In this document: one piece after another, positions 1-9,437 of the stretch
How the letters are laid out: each line of letters starts with the position of its first letter
Position numbering within the stretch: the first letter of the stretch is position 1
Origin: a virus
Lineage: Duplodnaviria > Caudoviricetes
Strand: one strand, 5' to 3'
Length of the DNA stretch: 64,000 nt
IMG/VR virus record: IMGVR_UViG_3300032236_001024
Location: 96,001 to 160,000 of that record
Position numbers and translations under genes: made by a program
The notes under the pieces: model-generated
The model's database searches: none
What the model saw: the letters and a program-made list of their open reading frames with translations, nothing else
Told to the model about the DNA's origin: nothing

Positions 1-2
1 TA

Positions 3-662
3 ACACCTGGTGGAGGTGGATTATCTAACGGAGTTGCTTTGTTTGGTGCATATGGTGCAACAGGAACTATTACGGGATTTTCTTTTTTCTTTTTAAATAC
101 TGGTGCTTTATACTTTAGCTCTTATGTTGCTGGCACACAACAAGCTTTGCAAGCTACAAATAATTTTGTTACAACTAATAGTTGGCAGCATGTAGCAATC
201 ACACGTTCAGGATCAACATATAGAATGTTTGTGAATGGTGTATCTGTAACATTTACAGGTTCAATAACACAATCACTGGATACTACTAATCCAGTTAATA
301 TTGGCGGATTAGTATATACTACATATTATGATTATTTTACTGGATATATTTCTAACGCTCGTATTGTAAAAGGTACAGCTGTCTACACATCAAACTTTAC
401 ACCTTCTACATCACCATTAACAGCAATAACTAATACATATCTTCTAACTTGTCAATCTGCTATAGTAACAAGAGATAACTCAACTAACGTATTTACAATA
501 ACAAATACTGGAACAGTAACAGCAATTGATAATTTTACCCCATTTACTGCTTTGGCTAATACTGCACCAACAATTACATCTGGTACAACATTAAGAAAAC
601 AATATGATAGTGGTAATATACAAATTATTAACCAATTCGATGAATCAACAGGAACAGCATAA
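3..662 (+). CDS. LamG/concanavalin-A-like domain tail-fibre-associated protein (5' partial)
   Basis: Frame is open to the left edge; NSWQHVAITRSGSTYRMFVNG...IGG...FTGYISNARI is a typical LamG-like jellyroll signature. Confidence 0.7.
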   Translation, partial: TPGGGGLSNGVALFGAYGATGTITGFSFFFLNTGALYFSSYVAGTQQALQATNNFVTTNSWQHVAITRSGSTYRMFVNGVSVTFTGSITQSLDTTNPVNIGGLVYTTYYDYFTGYISNARIVKGTAVYTSNFTPSTSPLTAITNTYLLTCQSAIVTRDNSTNVFTITNTGTVTAIDNFTPFTALANTAPTITSGTTLRKQYDSGNIQIINQFDESTGTA

Positions 663-688
663 ATATGAAAAACAATAGGATTTAAAAG

Positions 689-1432
689 ATGGCAAAATTA
701 CTTGGTGGTTCTAGAGTTTACGGTTCGTTGACAGTTGACGGTGCAATTATTGCAGGCGTGGGTGGTGGTGGGTTTCAAAATATGGTTGTGTTTACAACTG
801 GAACGAGTGCGACATATACCTTTCCTACTGCTCTTCAAACTCCTGGAGCAAGATTTAAAGTAACTGTAATTGGTGGTGGTGGTCAAGGTGGTGGAACTTC
901 AACCACTGCGGGAATGACTGGGGCTGGAGGAGGTTCTGGGGCTTTAATTGCTGTCATATTAACTGTCGTTTCTGGTCAATATACATTAACATATACTGTT
1001 GGTTCAGGCGGTGCTGGCGCTGGTACAAATTCTACAGGAACTCCTGGTGGCGCTTCCAGCATTACATATAATTCATTAACATATACAGCAGGTGGTGGGG
1101 ATGGTGGTCCTACAGCTACAGCAGGTAATTATGGTTTTGGTGGTACTGTTACAGGGCAAATTACATCAACTACTACTAACGCATTAGTTTTAACAGGTGG
1201 TCAGAGTAGTTATTCAGGAACTTCTGCTGCTGTTAGTCCTATTAATGCGAAAGGAGCCGATACTCCATTAGGCTATGGATTTGGTGGCCCAATGCATGGA
1301 GTTAATACTGGTGCAGCTGGTGTAGCGGCATCTGGATATGGTGCAGGAGGTTCTGGCGCAAAAAATGGTAGCGGTACAGTTGCATATGCTGGTGGTAATG
1401 GTACTGGTGGCATCATTATTTTTGAGTATTAA
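689..1432 (+). CDS. glycine-rich tail-fibre-like virion protein
   Basis: Gly/Thr-rich; VTVIGGGGQGG, YTVGSGGAG, ends GIIIFEY; paralog of next gene. Confidence 0.6.
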   Translation: MAKLLGGSRVYGSLTVDGAIIAGVGGGGFQNMVVFTTGTSATYTFPTALQTPGARFKVTVIGGGGQGGGTSTTAGMTGAGGGSGALIAVILTVVSGQYTLTYTVGSGGAGAGTNSTGTPGGASSITYNSLTYTAGGGDGGPTATAGNYGFGGTVTGQITSTTTNALVLTGGQSSYSGTSAAVSPINAKGADTPLGYGFGGPMHGVNTGAAGVAASGYGAGGSGAKNGSGTVAYAGGNGTGGIIIFEY

Positions 1433-1434
1433 AA

Positions 1435-2142
1435 ATGGCAAAACTTAGAGATACATCAGTTTCCGGAAACTTAACAATAGACAATTCCTTGCTATCTGGA
1501 ACTGGTATTCGTAATGGCTATCAAAATATGGCTATATTTACCACTGGTACTGCAGCTACATTTACATTTCCGGCAGCATTTCAATCTGCTGGTGTTAGAT
1601 TTAAAGTAACTATAGTTGGAGGTGGTGGTGGTGGCGGTGGTACAAACTCAGTTACTGGCGCTTGTGGCGGGGGTGGTGGTGGTGGCGGTGTATGTATAGC
1701 GTATTTAACCATGGTTAGCGGTGTTTATACTTTAACATACACTGTTGGTGCTGCTGGTACTGCTGGAGCAGCTCTTGGTTCAGGTGGCGGTGGAGGTACA
1801 TCTAGTGTTGTTTATAATGGCGTAACATATTCAGCAACTGGTGGTGGTGGTGGTGGACCGTCTACTTCAGGAGTTGGATATGGTACAGGAGGGACTGGAT
1901 CGAATGGAACTTTAAATATACAAGGCGGTTATGGCGCTAGTGGTAGTCAGAGTAGCGCAGTAAATCCTACATGGGGATGGGGCGGAATACCAGCTTTAGG
2001 TTTTGGAATAGGATATTTCATTGGTGGTGGTGGTGGAGGATATAATTATGGGGCGGGAGGTCAAGGAGGTAATAACACCACGCTTGCTACAGGCAGAGGG
2101 GGAGCTGCTGGTGCAGCTGGTCTAGTAATTATCGAATATTAA
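1435..2142 (+). CDS. glycine-rich tail-fibre-like virion protein (paralog of 689-1432)
   Basis: Shares MAKL start, QNM.FTTGT.AT.TFP.A.Q..G.RFKVT.GGGG and IIEY terminus with the previous gene. Confidence 0.6.
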   Translation: MAKLRDTSVSGNLTIDNSLLSGTGIRNGYQNMAIFTTGTAATFTFPAAFQSAGVRFKVTIVGGGGGGGGTNSVTGACGGGGGGGGVCIAYLTMVSGVYTLTYTVGAAGTAGAALGSGGGGGTSSVVYNGVTYSATGGGGGGPSTSGVGYGTGGTGSNGTLNIQGGYGASGSQSSAVNPTWGWGGIPALGFGIGYFIGGGGGGYNYGAGGQGGNNTTLATGRGGAAGAAGLVIIEY

Positions 2143-2152
2143 GGATAAACAA

Positions 2153-2488
2153 ATGGCTATTACGTATAATTTCAAAGTAACTAATATTAACTGCTATTCT
2201 GAATATGAATCATTAACTTATCTAGCATTTAATGTTTGCTGGATTTATATTGGAACAGATGGTGAATATACTTCTAATATGATTGGTAATACAGAAATAC
2301 CGTATGATCCTAACACAGAATACATTCCATATGGTCAATTAACAGAAACAGAGGTTATTTCTTGGATTGAACAATATACTGATCCTCAAGTTATTTCAGA
2401 TGCACAGACTCGAATTGAATTAAAAATCAATGAATTGAAAAATCCTATAAATACTATAAACCCTAAGTTGCCTTGGGATTTATCATAA
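2153..2488 (+). CDS. small acidic protein, possible tail-fibre assembly/chaperone
   Basis: IPYGQLTETEVISWI...LPW motif is common downstream of fibre genes; context. Confidence 0.4.
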   Translation: MAITYNFKVTNINCYSEYESLTYLAFNVCWIYIGTDGEYTSNMIGNTEIPYDPNTEYIPYGQLTETEVISWIEQYTDPQVISDAQTRIELKINELKNPINTINPKLPWDLS

Positions 2489-2510
2489 ATAAAAGAAAAA
2501 AGAGAGTACC

Positions 2511-4880
2511 ATGGTAGATAATAATCAAACTCCAGATAATAGTCAACCAGTAGATAAGACTACTACCAAGAAATCTACGAAGATGCAAAAATCATCTACG
2601 AAAGGTGATGCTATTGATAAAGGTCATACAATGACAGGTTCAAAGCCTGATAAAATTGATATGAATCCTGAGTTCTACCACAATGTAAATAGTTCTTTTG
2701 AAGCTGATTTTGGTACTCCCATCAATGAATTGAATGTTCAGCAAAGACTTAAAAAAGCTTTGAATTTTAGAAAAATAAAGAGCAAAGTTCAATTGGCTAA
2801 AAAAAGAGCTATGCTAAGAAAAGGTACTGGTAAAGTTATTGCCAAGAGAGCCAAAGTACTAGCTATTAAAATGATTAAATCTAAACTTGCTGGAAATAGA
2901 GATATAAGTTCTCTTTCCCCTATGGAAAAGCAGAGAGTAGAAAAACTTGTAGGTAGAAGAAGTGATTCTGTAAATAAACTTGCTCTTCGTTTGATTCCTG
3001 CGGTCAAGAAAAAAGAAGCGAAGAGATTTCTTAAGAAAGAATCTATCGATCTTGATAATTTAAAGGAAACAGTAGATTTTATCAATGAAATTGTAAATAC
3101 ATCCGCTGGTGGTGGTGTAAGAGGAATGGGTCATTGTTCTGGTTATCCTGATGGCGAATCATCAAATTATGTACAGAATAATGTAAATGATGCAAATTCA
3201 TTGTCTCAACTTATAAATCAAACTGTCGATGACCACAATAGTATACATTATTCTGATGGTTCAACCAATCAAAATATTGCTCCAGATTCAGATACAAAGG
3301 ATAACATCATGGGTCAGAAAAAAAGTGGTGCTAAGGTAGCTAAAGAATCATTTAAATATGATCCAAATGATACCCACAAGAGAGATGATGGCACTGTTGA
3401 ATTGGTCAAGACATTCAAGCATGATACTCCCGGTGAAACAAAAAGTGTTAAGCCTATATTTAAAAGAGAAGTTAAAAAGAAAATCGATGAAGATTTTGAG
3501 GCATTTTTTGAATGTGATTGCGAACGTGAAGCTATGCCACGTTCTGGTCAAAATAGAAAAACAATGGATAATGTAATAAGAAATGCTACTTCTCGTAAAG
3601 TATCTGGTGGACCCTATCGTCAACAATCAATTCAGAAGAAGATCATTGATGAACAGTTGACCATTCTTGAGAATGCAGTTTCTTCTATTGATAGGGGTGA
3701 ATATGATTATGAAGGAGCCATGGCTCAGACACAACTTCAAACAATTTATCGTAACTCAAAAGAACTTGTTGATATGCTCAAAGCAGATGAAAACATGCCT
3801 GAATGGGTTCAATCAAAAATTTCTTTAGCACAAGATTATATTTCTTGTGTACGTGATTATTTACTTTCAAGAAAAGAATTGGGCGAATCATATCATGTAA
3901 AGAGTCATTCTGTATATGGTAAGGTCTTAGCAAAAGATGGTGAAGCACAATTAATGACTTATGATAGAGCAATGCATCATGCAGCAAAACATGGTGGTTC
4001 TATTTTAAAAACAATGAGTGGCAAGAAATATATTGTAAAACTTCCTGAAACAATGGATGATGGTCATGAGTTGAATCCACAGACAGTTAAGGAAGATTTA
4101 AGAAATTGGTTTAATCCAAATCATCCTGAAGGTGGATGGAAGAGAATTAATTCAAAAGGTGAAGCTATTGGACCCTGTGCAAGAGAATCAGGTGAAGCAA
4201 AACCAAAATGCATGTCAAATGAAAAAAGAGCAATGCTCACTAAGAAAGAACGTGCATCTGCGGTAAGAGCAAAAAGAAAGTATGATTCAAATCCAGAGCG
4301 TAAAGGTGATCCTATCAACGTTTCAAATTTTGGCAAAGGAAAAATTTCTGAAGCAGCAAATGCAGCACAACAAGCAGCTATTGCAATTTCTATGAAGAAA
4401 AAAGGTATTAAACCGAAGAATGAAGAAGTAGAATATATTGATGAAAAGAATTCACCAACAAATCCTGCACTTTGGAGTAAAGCAAAAGCATTAGCAAGAG
4501 GTAAGTTTGATGTATATCCATCAGCTTATGCAAATGGTTGGGCAGCAAAATGGTATAAATCAAAAGGCGGTGGTTGGAAATCGGTAAGTGAAGAAACTAT
4601 AGATGAAGTTGCTGCATGGCAACGTAAAGAGGGAAAGAATCAAGAAGGTGGATTAAATCAAAAAGGTGTGGATTCATATCGTAGAGAACATCCCGGTTCA
4701 CATCTTAAAACTGCAGTGACAACTAAACCTTCTAAACTTGATCCTGATTCAAAGGCAGCAAAGCGTCGTAAGTCATTCTGTGCAAGAATGTCTGGGATGA
4801 AGAAGAGACTTACATCTGCTAAAACAGCTAATGATCCTGATTCACGTATAAATAAATCACTAAGAAAATGGAATTGCTAA
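2511..4880 (+). CDS. large mosaic head/virion protein of T4-like phages
   Basis: Basic helical block resembling prohead-core proteins; C-terminal NPALWSKAK...YPSAYANGW and KSFCARMSG modules seen in T4-like phages. Confidence 0.45.
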   Translation: MVDNNQTPDNSQPVDKTTTKKSTKMQKSSTKGDAIDKGHTMTGSKPDKIDMNPEFYHNVNSSFEADFGTPINELNVQQRLKKALNFRKIKSKVQLAKKRAMLRKGTGKVIAKRAKVLAIKMIKSKLAGNRDISSLSPMEKQRVEKLVGRRSDSVNKLALRLIPAVKKKEAKRFLKKESIDLDNLKETVDFINEIVNTSAGGGVRGMGHCSGYPDGESSNYVQNNVNDANSLSQLINQTVDDHNSIHYSDGSTNQNIAPDSDTKDNIMGQKKSGAKVAKESFKYDPNDTHKRDDGTVELVKTFKHDTPGETKSVKPIFKREVKKKIDEDFEAFFECDCEREAMPRSGQNRKTMDNVIRNATSRKVSGGPYRQQSIQKKIIDEQLTILENAVSSIDRGEYDYEGAMAQTQLQTIYRNSKELVDMLKADENMPEWVQSKISLAQDYISCVRDYLLSRKELGESYHVKSHSVYGKVLAKDGEAQLMTYDRAMHHAAKHGGSILKTMSGKKYIVKLPETMDDGHELNPQTVKEDLRNWFNPNHPEGGWKRINSKGEAIGPCARESGEAKPKCMSNEKRAMLTKKERASAVRAKRKYDSNPERKGDPINVSNFGKGKISEAANAAQQAAIAISMKKKGIKPKNEEVEYIDEKNSPTNPALWSKAKALARGKFDVYPSAYANGWAAKWYKSKGGGWKSVSEETIDEVAAWQRKEGKNQEGGLNQKGVDSYRREHPGSHLKTAVTTKPSKLDPDSKAAKRRKSFCARMSGMKKRLTSAKTANDPDSRINKSLRKWNC

Positions 4881-4881
4881 T

Positions 4882-5352
4882 ATGGAACAACTAATTGAAA
4901 GCATGAAAGTTCTTCATGCAACTAATTTTGCCTTTTATCTTAAGATACATTTTTTTCACTGGAATGTAACTGGTCCTAATTTTCCTCAGTATCATGAATT
5001 TTTTGGTGATCTTTATGAAGATATTCATAATGCTGCGGATGATATTGCAGAGCATATTAGAGCAATCGAAGGATATGCGCCGGGATCATTTCAGAGATTT
5101 AAAGAATTATCATTAGTTCATGATCAGCTTGATGTAATTCCTGCACATGAAATGTTCATTCAAGCTTCAATTGACAATAGTATTGTTATTGGAGCATTGA
5201 AAAACGCATACAGACTTGCAAATGATTATGATGAAGTGGGATTGTCTAACTATCTACAAGATAGAATTGACGCACACAAGAAACACGGATGGATGATCAG
5301 ATCAACTGGTATGCTTGGCATATCTACTGCAACATCCCCATCCTCAACTTAA
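4882..5352 (+). CDS. dps: Dps/ferritin-like DNA-protecting protein
   Basis: HFFHWNVTGPNFPQYHEFFGDLYE...DDIAEHIR ferroxidase signature; ends HKKHGWMI. Confidence 0.9.
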   Translation: MEQLIESMKVLHATNFAFYLKIHFFHWNVTGPNFPQYHEFFGDLYEDIHNAADDIAEHIRAIEGYAPGSFQRFKELSLVHDQLDVIPAHEMFIQASIDNSIVIGALKNAYRLANDYDEVGLSNYLQDRIDAHKKHGWMIRSTGMLGISTATSPSST

Positions 5353-5418
5353 TAAAAAACCTAAATATAGTATTATAAACAATTAATTACTTTATTCTAG
5401 GTCTAAAGGAGAAATAAA

Positions 5419-6252
5419 ATGGCTCAATGGGGTAAAAATGATACAGCATCAAATTCTGTATTGTGGGGAGTTTCTGGATTTAACAAGACTGCAAATTCCG
5501 CAAATCGTGATGCTTTTTTCGATAACGTTACTAGAGGTGCTTACATTACTAACATGATCGTTGGTCAGTTTGGTGTTGACGCTACAGAAGTTGGTATTCT
5601 AAATGGTAATGTTGTTCACATTACTTTAACTTATAATGGTTCTGGTTATAGTCAAAACGTGGCATTTTCATTCACAGGCGGTGGTGGTTCTTCTGCAGCC
5701 GCTACTGGTGTTGCCAATTCAACTGGTAGAATTGCATCAGTAATTATTACTAATGGTGGTTCATCTTATGAAACAAATCCAACAGTAACAATTCCTGCAC
5801 CTTATAGCAACACATTCAATTCTGCATCTGGCGTTCTTGCCAACAGTATGATTACATTCACATCAGCTGCATTATATGCTGTAGATGACCCAATTACTTA
5901 TTCAACTCCAGCTGCTAATAGTGCAATTAGTGGTCTTGCAAACAATACAACATATTATGTACAAGCAAATGATGGTACTCGTATTGCTTTTGCTGCTTCA
6001 GTTGGTGGACCAAGAATTACTCTTACAGCCAAGGGTGCTTCAGAAAGTCATAATCTAACTGGTGCTACAGCTACTGCAGTTGCAGTTGTTGGTGGTGGTA
6101 AGAACAAGGGAATTCCTCATGCTGGATGGAATGTTCGTAAGGTAGGAACTGGTGGTAGAGCAGGGCGTGTTCAGTATGAAACACTTGTTGCTTTAGGCAC
6201 AATTACTGGTGACGCATCTGACGATGCAGTTCTTCCTGACTCTAATACTTAA
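5419..6252 (+). CDS. virion structural protein of T4-like phages
   Basis: MAQWGKND start, GSGY repeats, HAGW...GGRAGRVQYETLVA terminus; strong RBS. Confidence 0.6.
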   Translation: MAQWGKNDTASNSVLWGVSGFNKTANSANRDAFFDNVTRGAYITNMIVGQFGVDATEVGILNGNVVHITLTYNGSGYSQNVAFSFTGGGGSSAAATGVANSTGRIASVIITNGGSSYETNPTVTIPAPYSNTFNSASGVLANSMITFTSAALYAVDDPITYSTPAANSAISGLANNTTYYVQANDGTRIAFAASVGGPRITLTAKGASESHNLTGATATAVAVVGGGKNKGIPHAGWNVRKVGTGGRAGRVQYETLVALGTITGDASDDAVLPDSNT

Positions 6253-6279
6253 TAATTAAAAACCAATAGAGGGTGCGTA

Positions 6280-7815
6280 ATGCCTAAAATTTCAGAATTA
6301 AACTCGATTACTAGTTTATCAAATGATGATCTAGTACCAGTAGTAAATGATCCTAGTGGCGCACCCTCTACTAATAAAATTACTTTTGATAACTTCAAAA
6401 AAAGTGTTACTAAAAATATTGTTTTTGAAGATGGAATGATACGAGCTAATACTGGTAATTTTGACATTTCTTCAAATAATAGTATATCATTACAATCAGT
6501 TGTCAGTAATTCAACTATTGGTTGGTCTGAATTATATTGGACAAATCTAAACCCTACACCAGCAAACAATGAAATGTCATTTGCAGATTTGTATGTTTGG
6601 GGCGATGGTATGGGATATACCATGGGCAAAGTACGACAAGATTTAAATTCTATTCAATTAAATGAATGGATATGGACAAAGGATGGTAATTATATCCTTC
6701 CAGATGGTGGAGACATTATTCTAGAAGGCAATTCTGTTATCAATCGTCCTATGTTGACGCCAAGTATTACTTATACAGGCACAGTAAAAGATTTCCCAAC
6801 GTTTTTTAATCTTTCAAAAGGTCATGCGTTACTTCACACATCAAACGGTCATGTCCTTGATAATGAAACACTATATTGGATAGAAGATAGATTTTACACT
6901 TCTGATTCAGATTTTAGTTTAGCTCAAACATTAGATTTTAATAATATAGGCGGAATTAATAATAATTTTACAATTGGAACCGATTCTGAAAACCTCTTAG
7001 CAATTGTAAATTTGCATAGCATATCTGTAATAACTGGTAATATAAGTATAACAAATCTTCCAGCATTAACATCATTTAATGCAAGTAATTTAGTATTTGT
7101 TGGTGGTAATTTATCTATTGATAGTATGGATAAAACAAATACTGTATTTAATTTTTCAAGTTTAAATCATATTGATGGTAATTTATCATTAACAAATAAT
7201 TCTGTTTTACAAACATTTCCACAATTTTCAGCATTAAAAATTGTTCAAAATATACAATATAATAATAATACTTCAACAACAGGAACGCCCATATTTACTA
7301 GTCTTGAAAATTCAGAAGCTATTATTTTTAATCAAAATTCTGGATTACCATATGGTCCTCAATTCCCAGCATTAATAACATCTCATGATATTTACATCAA
7401 TAATAATGTACATATGGCTACTGCGCCTGTATTTACTAATTTGATAAATGCATATGGTGCAATTGAAATAAGTGAATGTGCTGTATTGACTGCTGCTCCA
7501 GCATTTACTAATCTTGTATTATGCAATGGCAATATGATTTTACGTGCCAATCCTAATATGAATGGTGGTATTAGTCTTCCTGCACTTAAAACATTGAATG
7601 GTGATTTTATTGCTGATAATTGTTCATGGACAGATATTCAAGTAGATTATGTTCTTAATAAATTAGCAAGTCTTGACGGAACTAATGGCACTACAAGATA
7701 TCAGGCTCGTACTATTAATATGAGTGGTGCTGGTGCTTCTCCTCGTTCTCCAAATAGTTCCACTGCTTATTATGCACTTCTAAATCGTGATTGTAATATT
7801 ATTCTGAGTACTTAA
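6280..7815 (+). CDS. receptor-L-domain/LRR-like beta-solenoid virion protein
   Basis: Fibre-type N-terminus (KISELNSIT...LVPVVND) followed by about 22-aa repeats F..L..I.G.L.I.N. Confidence 0.5.
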   Translation: MPKISELNSITSLSNDDLVPVVNDPSGAPSTNKITFDNFKKSVTKNIVFEDGMIRANTGNFDISSNNSISLQSVVSNSTIGWSELYWTNLNPTPANNEMSFADLYVWGDGMGYTMGKVRQDLNSIQLNEWIWTKDGNYILPDGGDIILEGNSVINRPMLTPSITYTGTVKDFPTFFNLSKGHALLHTSNGHVLDNETLYWIEDRFYTSDSDFSLAQTLDFNNIGGINNNFTIGTDSENLLAIVNLHSISVITGNISITNLPALTSFNASNLVFVGGNLSIDSMDKTNTVFNFSSLNHIDGNLSLTNNSVLQTFPQFSALKIVQNIQYNNNTSTTGTPIFTSLENSEAIIFNQNSGLPYGPQFPALITSHDIYINNNVHMATAPVFTNLINAYGAIEISECAVLTAAPAFTNLVLCNGNMILRANPNMNGGISLPALKTLNGDFIADNCSWTDIQVDYVLNKLASLDGTNGTTRYQARTINMSGAGASPRSPNSSTAYYALLNRDCNIILST

Positions 7816-8210
7816 TGAATATTGATAAACTTGATGAGTCTAATTTTTTATTATATGCAGCAAAACATTATGAAAACCCACAGTGTTATGATACCGTCGA
7901 ATTTTATGATGATCTGAAAAGATTTAAATATATAAAAAGATTATTTAATAGGTATGCAGAAGAAGGTGATTTGAAAGAACGATTAATATTGAATCATATT
8001 ATTGTTCTTATCAATGTATTTGGACCAGAACCAACAGCAAAAATGTTGTTTCTGAAATGTAAAGGACTGGAAGAATATTTAAAGCCATTTCTTTTGTTTT
8101 TAAATATTCTACCAGAAAAGATAGAGAATCTTGGTATAGAAAATAGAACCATATATACTATGGAAATAAAAATGGATACAAATATCCTACAGGAACTAAG
8201 GAAAATATAA
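7815..8210 (+). CDS. conserved T4-like hypothetical protein
   Basis: NFLLYAAKHY.NP.C...EFYDDLKRFKYIKRL motif conserved in T4-like phages. Confidence 0.6.
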   Translation: MNIDKLDESNFLLYAAKHYENPQCYDTVEFYDDLKRFKYIKRLFNRYAEEGDLKERLILNHIIVLINVFGPEPTAKMLFLKCKGLEEYLKPFLLFLNILPEKIENLGIENRTIYTMEIKMDTNILQELRKI

Positions 8211-8731
8211 TGGTTGTAGATGCATATTTAGTCTATAGTTTTATTAGAAGACTAGTCACACCATTTGAAAAGTATCCAGCATTCAAGGCTGGATTGATCG
8301 ATAAGGATGGAAACTTCACCAAGAGTAGAAATATGTTCACTCCTGATGAACGTAAAGCACTTCCCATATTTGATATTATGATTATCAATTTGAAGAGACT
8401 GATTGCCAAAGTTCCTTTAGGCAAAACACGCATCGCTACTATTGCAGCTGCATTGATGCTTCTAAGATCAAAGCCTTCAGCTAAAAAAGTACAAGAAGAT
8501 TATGTTGATGAGTTGTTTAATCTTGAAGAAGAATTACTTAAGACTATGGAAGAAGTAGAATCTGTTATGGAAGATGGTGCAGGTGCAGTAGTAAATAATG
8601 CTGGAGGTGGTAGTATTGCTGGATTGGGTGATAAACCATCTGTTGTAGTTGTTCCCAATAAAGCGGCAGAAAAATATAAAAAGAAAAACAAAGCTGATAT
8701 TATTATGGGTGTAGTAAAAAGGAAATTATAA
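8210..8731 (+). CDS. conserved T4-like hypothetical protein
   Basis: YSFIRRLVTPFEKYPAFKAGLIDKDGN motif; usual position upstream of primase. Confidence 0.55.
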   Translation: MVVDAYLVYSFIRRLVTPFEKYPAFKAGLIDKDGNFTKSRNMFTPDERKALPIFDIMIINLKRLIAKVPLGKTRIATIAAALMLLRSKPSAKKVQEDYVDELFNLEEELLKTMEEVESVMEDGAGAVVNNAGGGSIAGLGDKPSVVVVPNKAAEKYKKKNKADIIMGVVKRKL

Positions 8732-9096
8732 TGTTTGGAAGATTGCCTCTTATACTTTTCGGAATAATATTTTTTATAGGCACATTTTGGACTTGGCTCG
8801 CTGTACATGATCATAATCTTAGAGTAGAGATTATTGCTGAGTTTAATGCACAACAAGAACAACTGCTTGCTGAGAAAAAGGCAGAGTTTGAAAAACAAAT
8901 GAACGATCTTAAAGATAAGACAACTATATTACAAAAAGAAGTAGATGATAAAAATGCTTCTATAGGCACAATGATAACAGAAATTGAATCAAGTGCAAGT
9001 AGAATGAAAGATGCTAATGATGATGCTGCACCATATCTTAAAGAAATTGTAAAGAATATGCAAAAGTCATTTGGTGAAAAGGTGAACAAGAAATGA
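8731..9096 (+). CDS. putative i-spanin (Rz-like)
   Basis: Single N-terminal TM helix then coiled coil; overlaps a downstream lipoprotein gene. Confidence 0.6.
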   Translation: MFGRLPLILFGIIFFIGTFWTWLAVHDHNLRVEIIAEFNAQQEQLLAEKKAEFEKQMNDLKDKTTILQKEVDDKNASIGTMITEIESSASRMKDANDDAAPYLKEIVKNMQKSFGEKVNKK

Positions 9097-9374
9097 AAAA
9101 AGTATTATTAATATCTTTGCTTACTTTGACTGGATGTGCTTCTGAAGAACCAGTAAAGCTTTTAGCACCAGAATACAAGGTTGTCAAGATTCCAGAACAA
9201 CTTTATGTGTGTCCTGTCATAAAGAACTATCCAGATGCATCTAACTTGACAAATAAACAAGTTGGTAGTCTTTTGGTAAATGTTCAGAAGAATAATATGA
9301 TGTGCAAGAATTCACTTGATAGCATCAAGAAATATATGGACGAGGCAGAGGCTACAGTAGCCAACAAAAAATAA
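9093..9374 (+). CDS. putative o-spanin (Rz1-like lipoprotein)
   Basis: Signal peptide with lipobox LTGC, Pro-containing body, two further Cys. Confidence 0.65.
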   Translation: MKKVLLISLLTLTGCASEEPVKLLAPEYKVVKIPEQLYVCPVIKNYPDASNLTNKQVGSLLVNVQKNNMMCKNSLDSIKKYMDEAEATVANKK

Positions 9375-9377
9375 CTC

Positions 9378-9405
9378 TTGACTTCTTTTTCAATGAGCGT
9401 ATAAT
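9378..9405 (+). promoter_or_regulatory. sigma70-type promoter of primase/nrd operon
   Basis: TTGACT-N16-TATAAT upstream of primase. Confidence 0.65.
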
Positions 9406-9437
9406 CAGTAATGCATCATTGAAATTGGAGATATTTA

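Noticed and set aside
1621-1690. GGT trinucleotide runs as functional DNA repeats
   Set aside because: They encode poly-Gly tracts of fibre proteins
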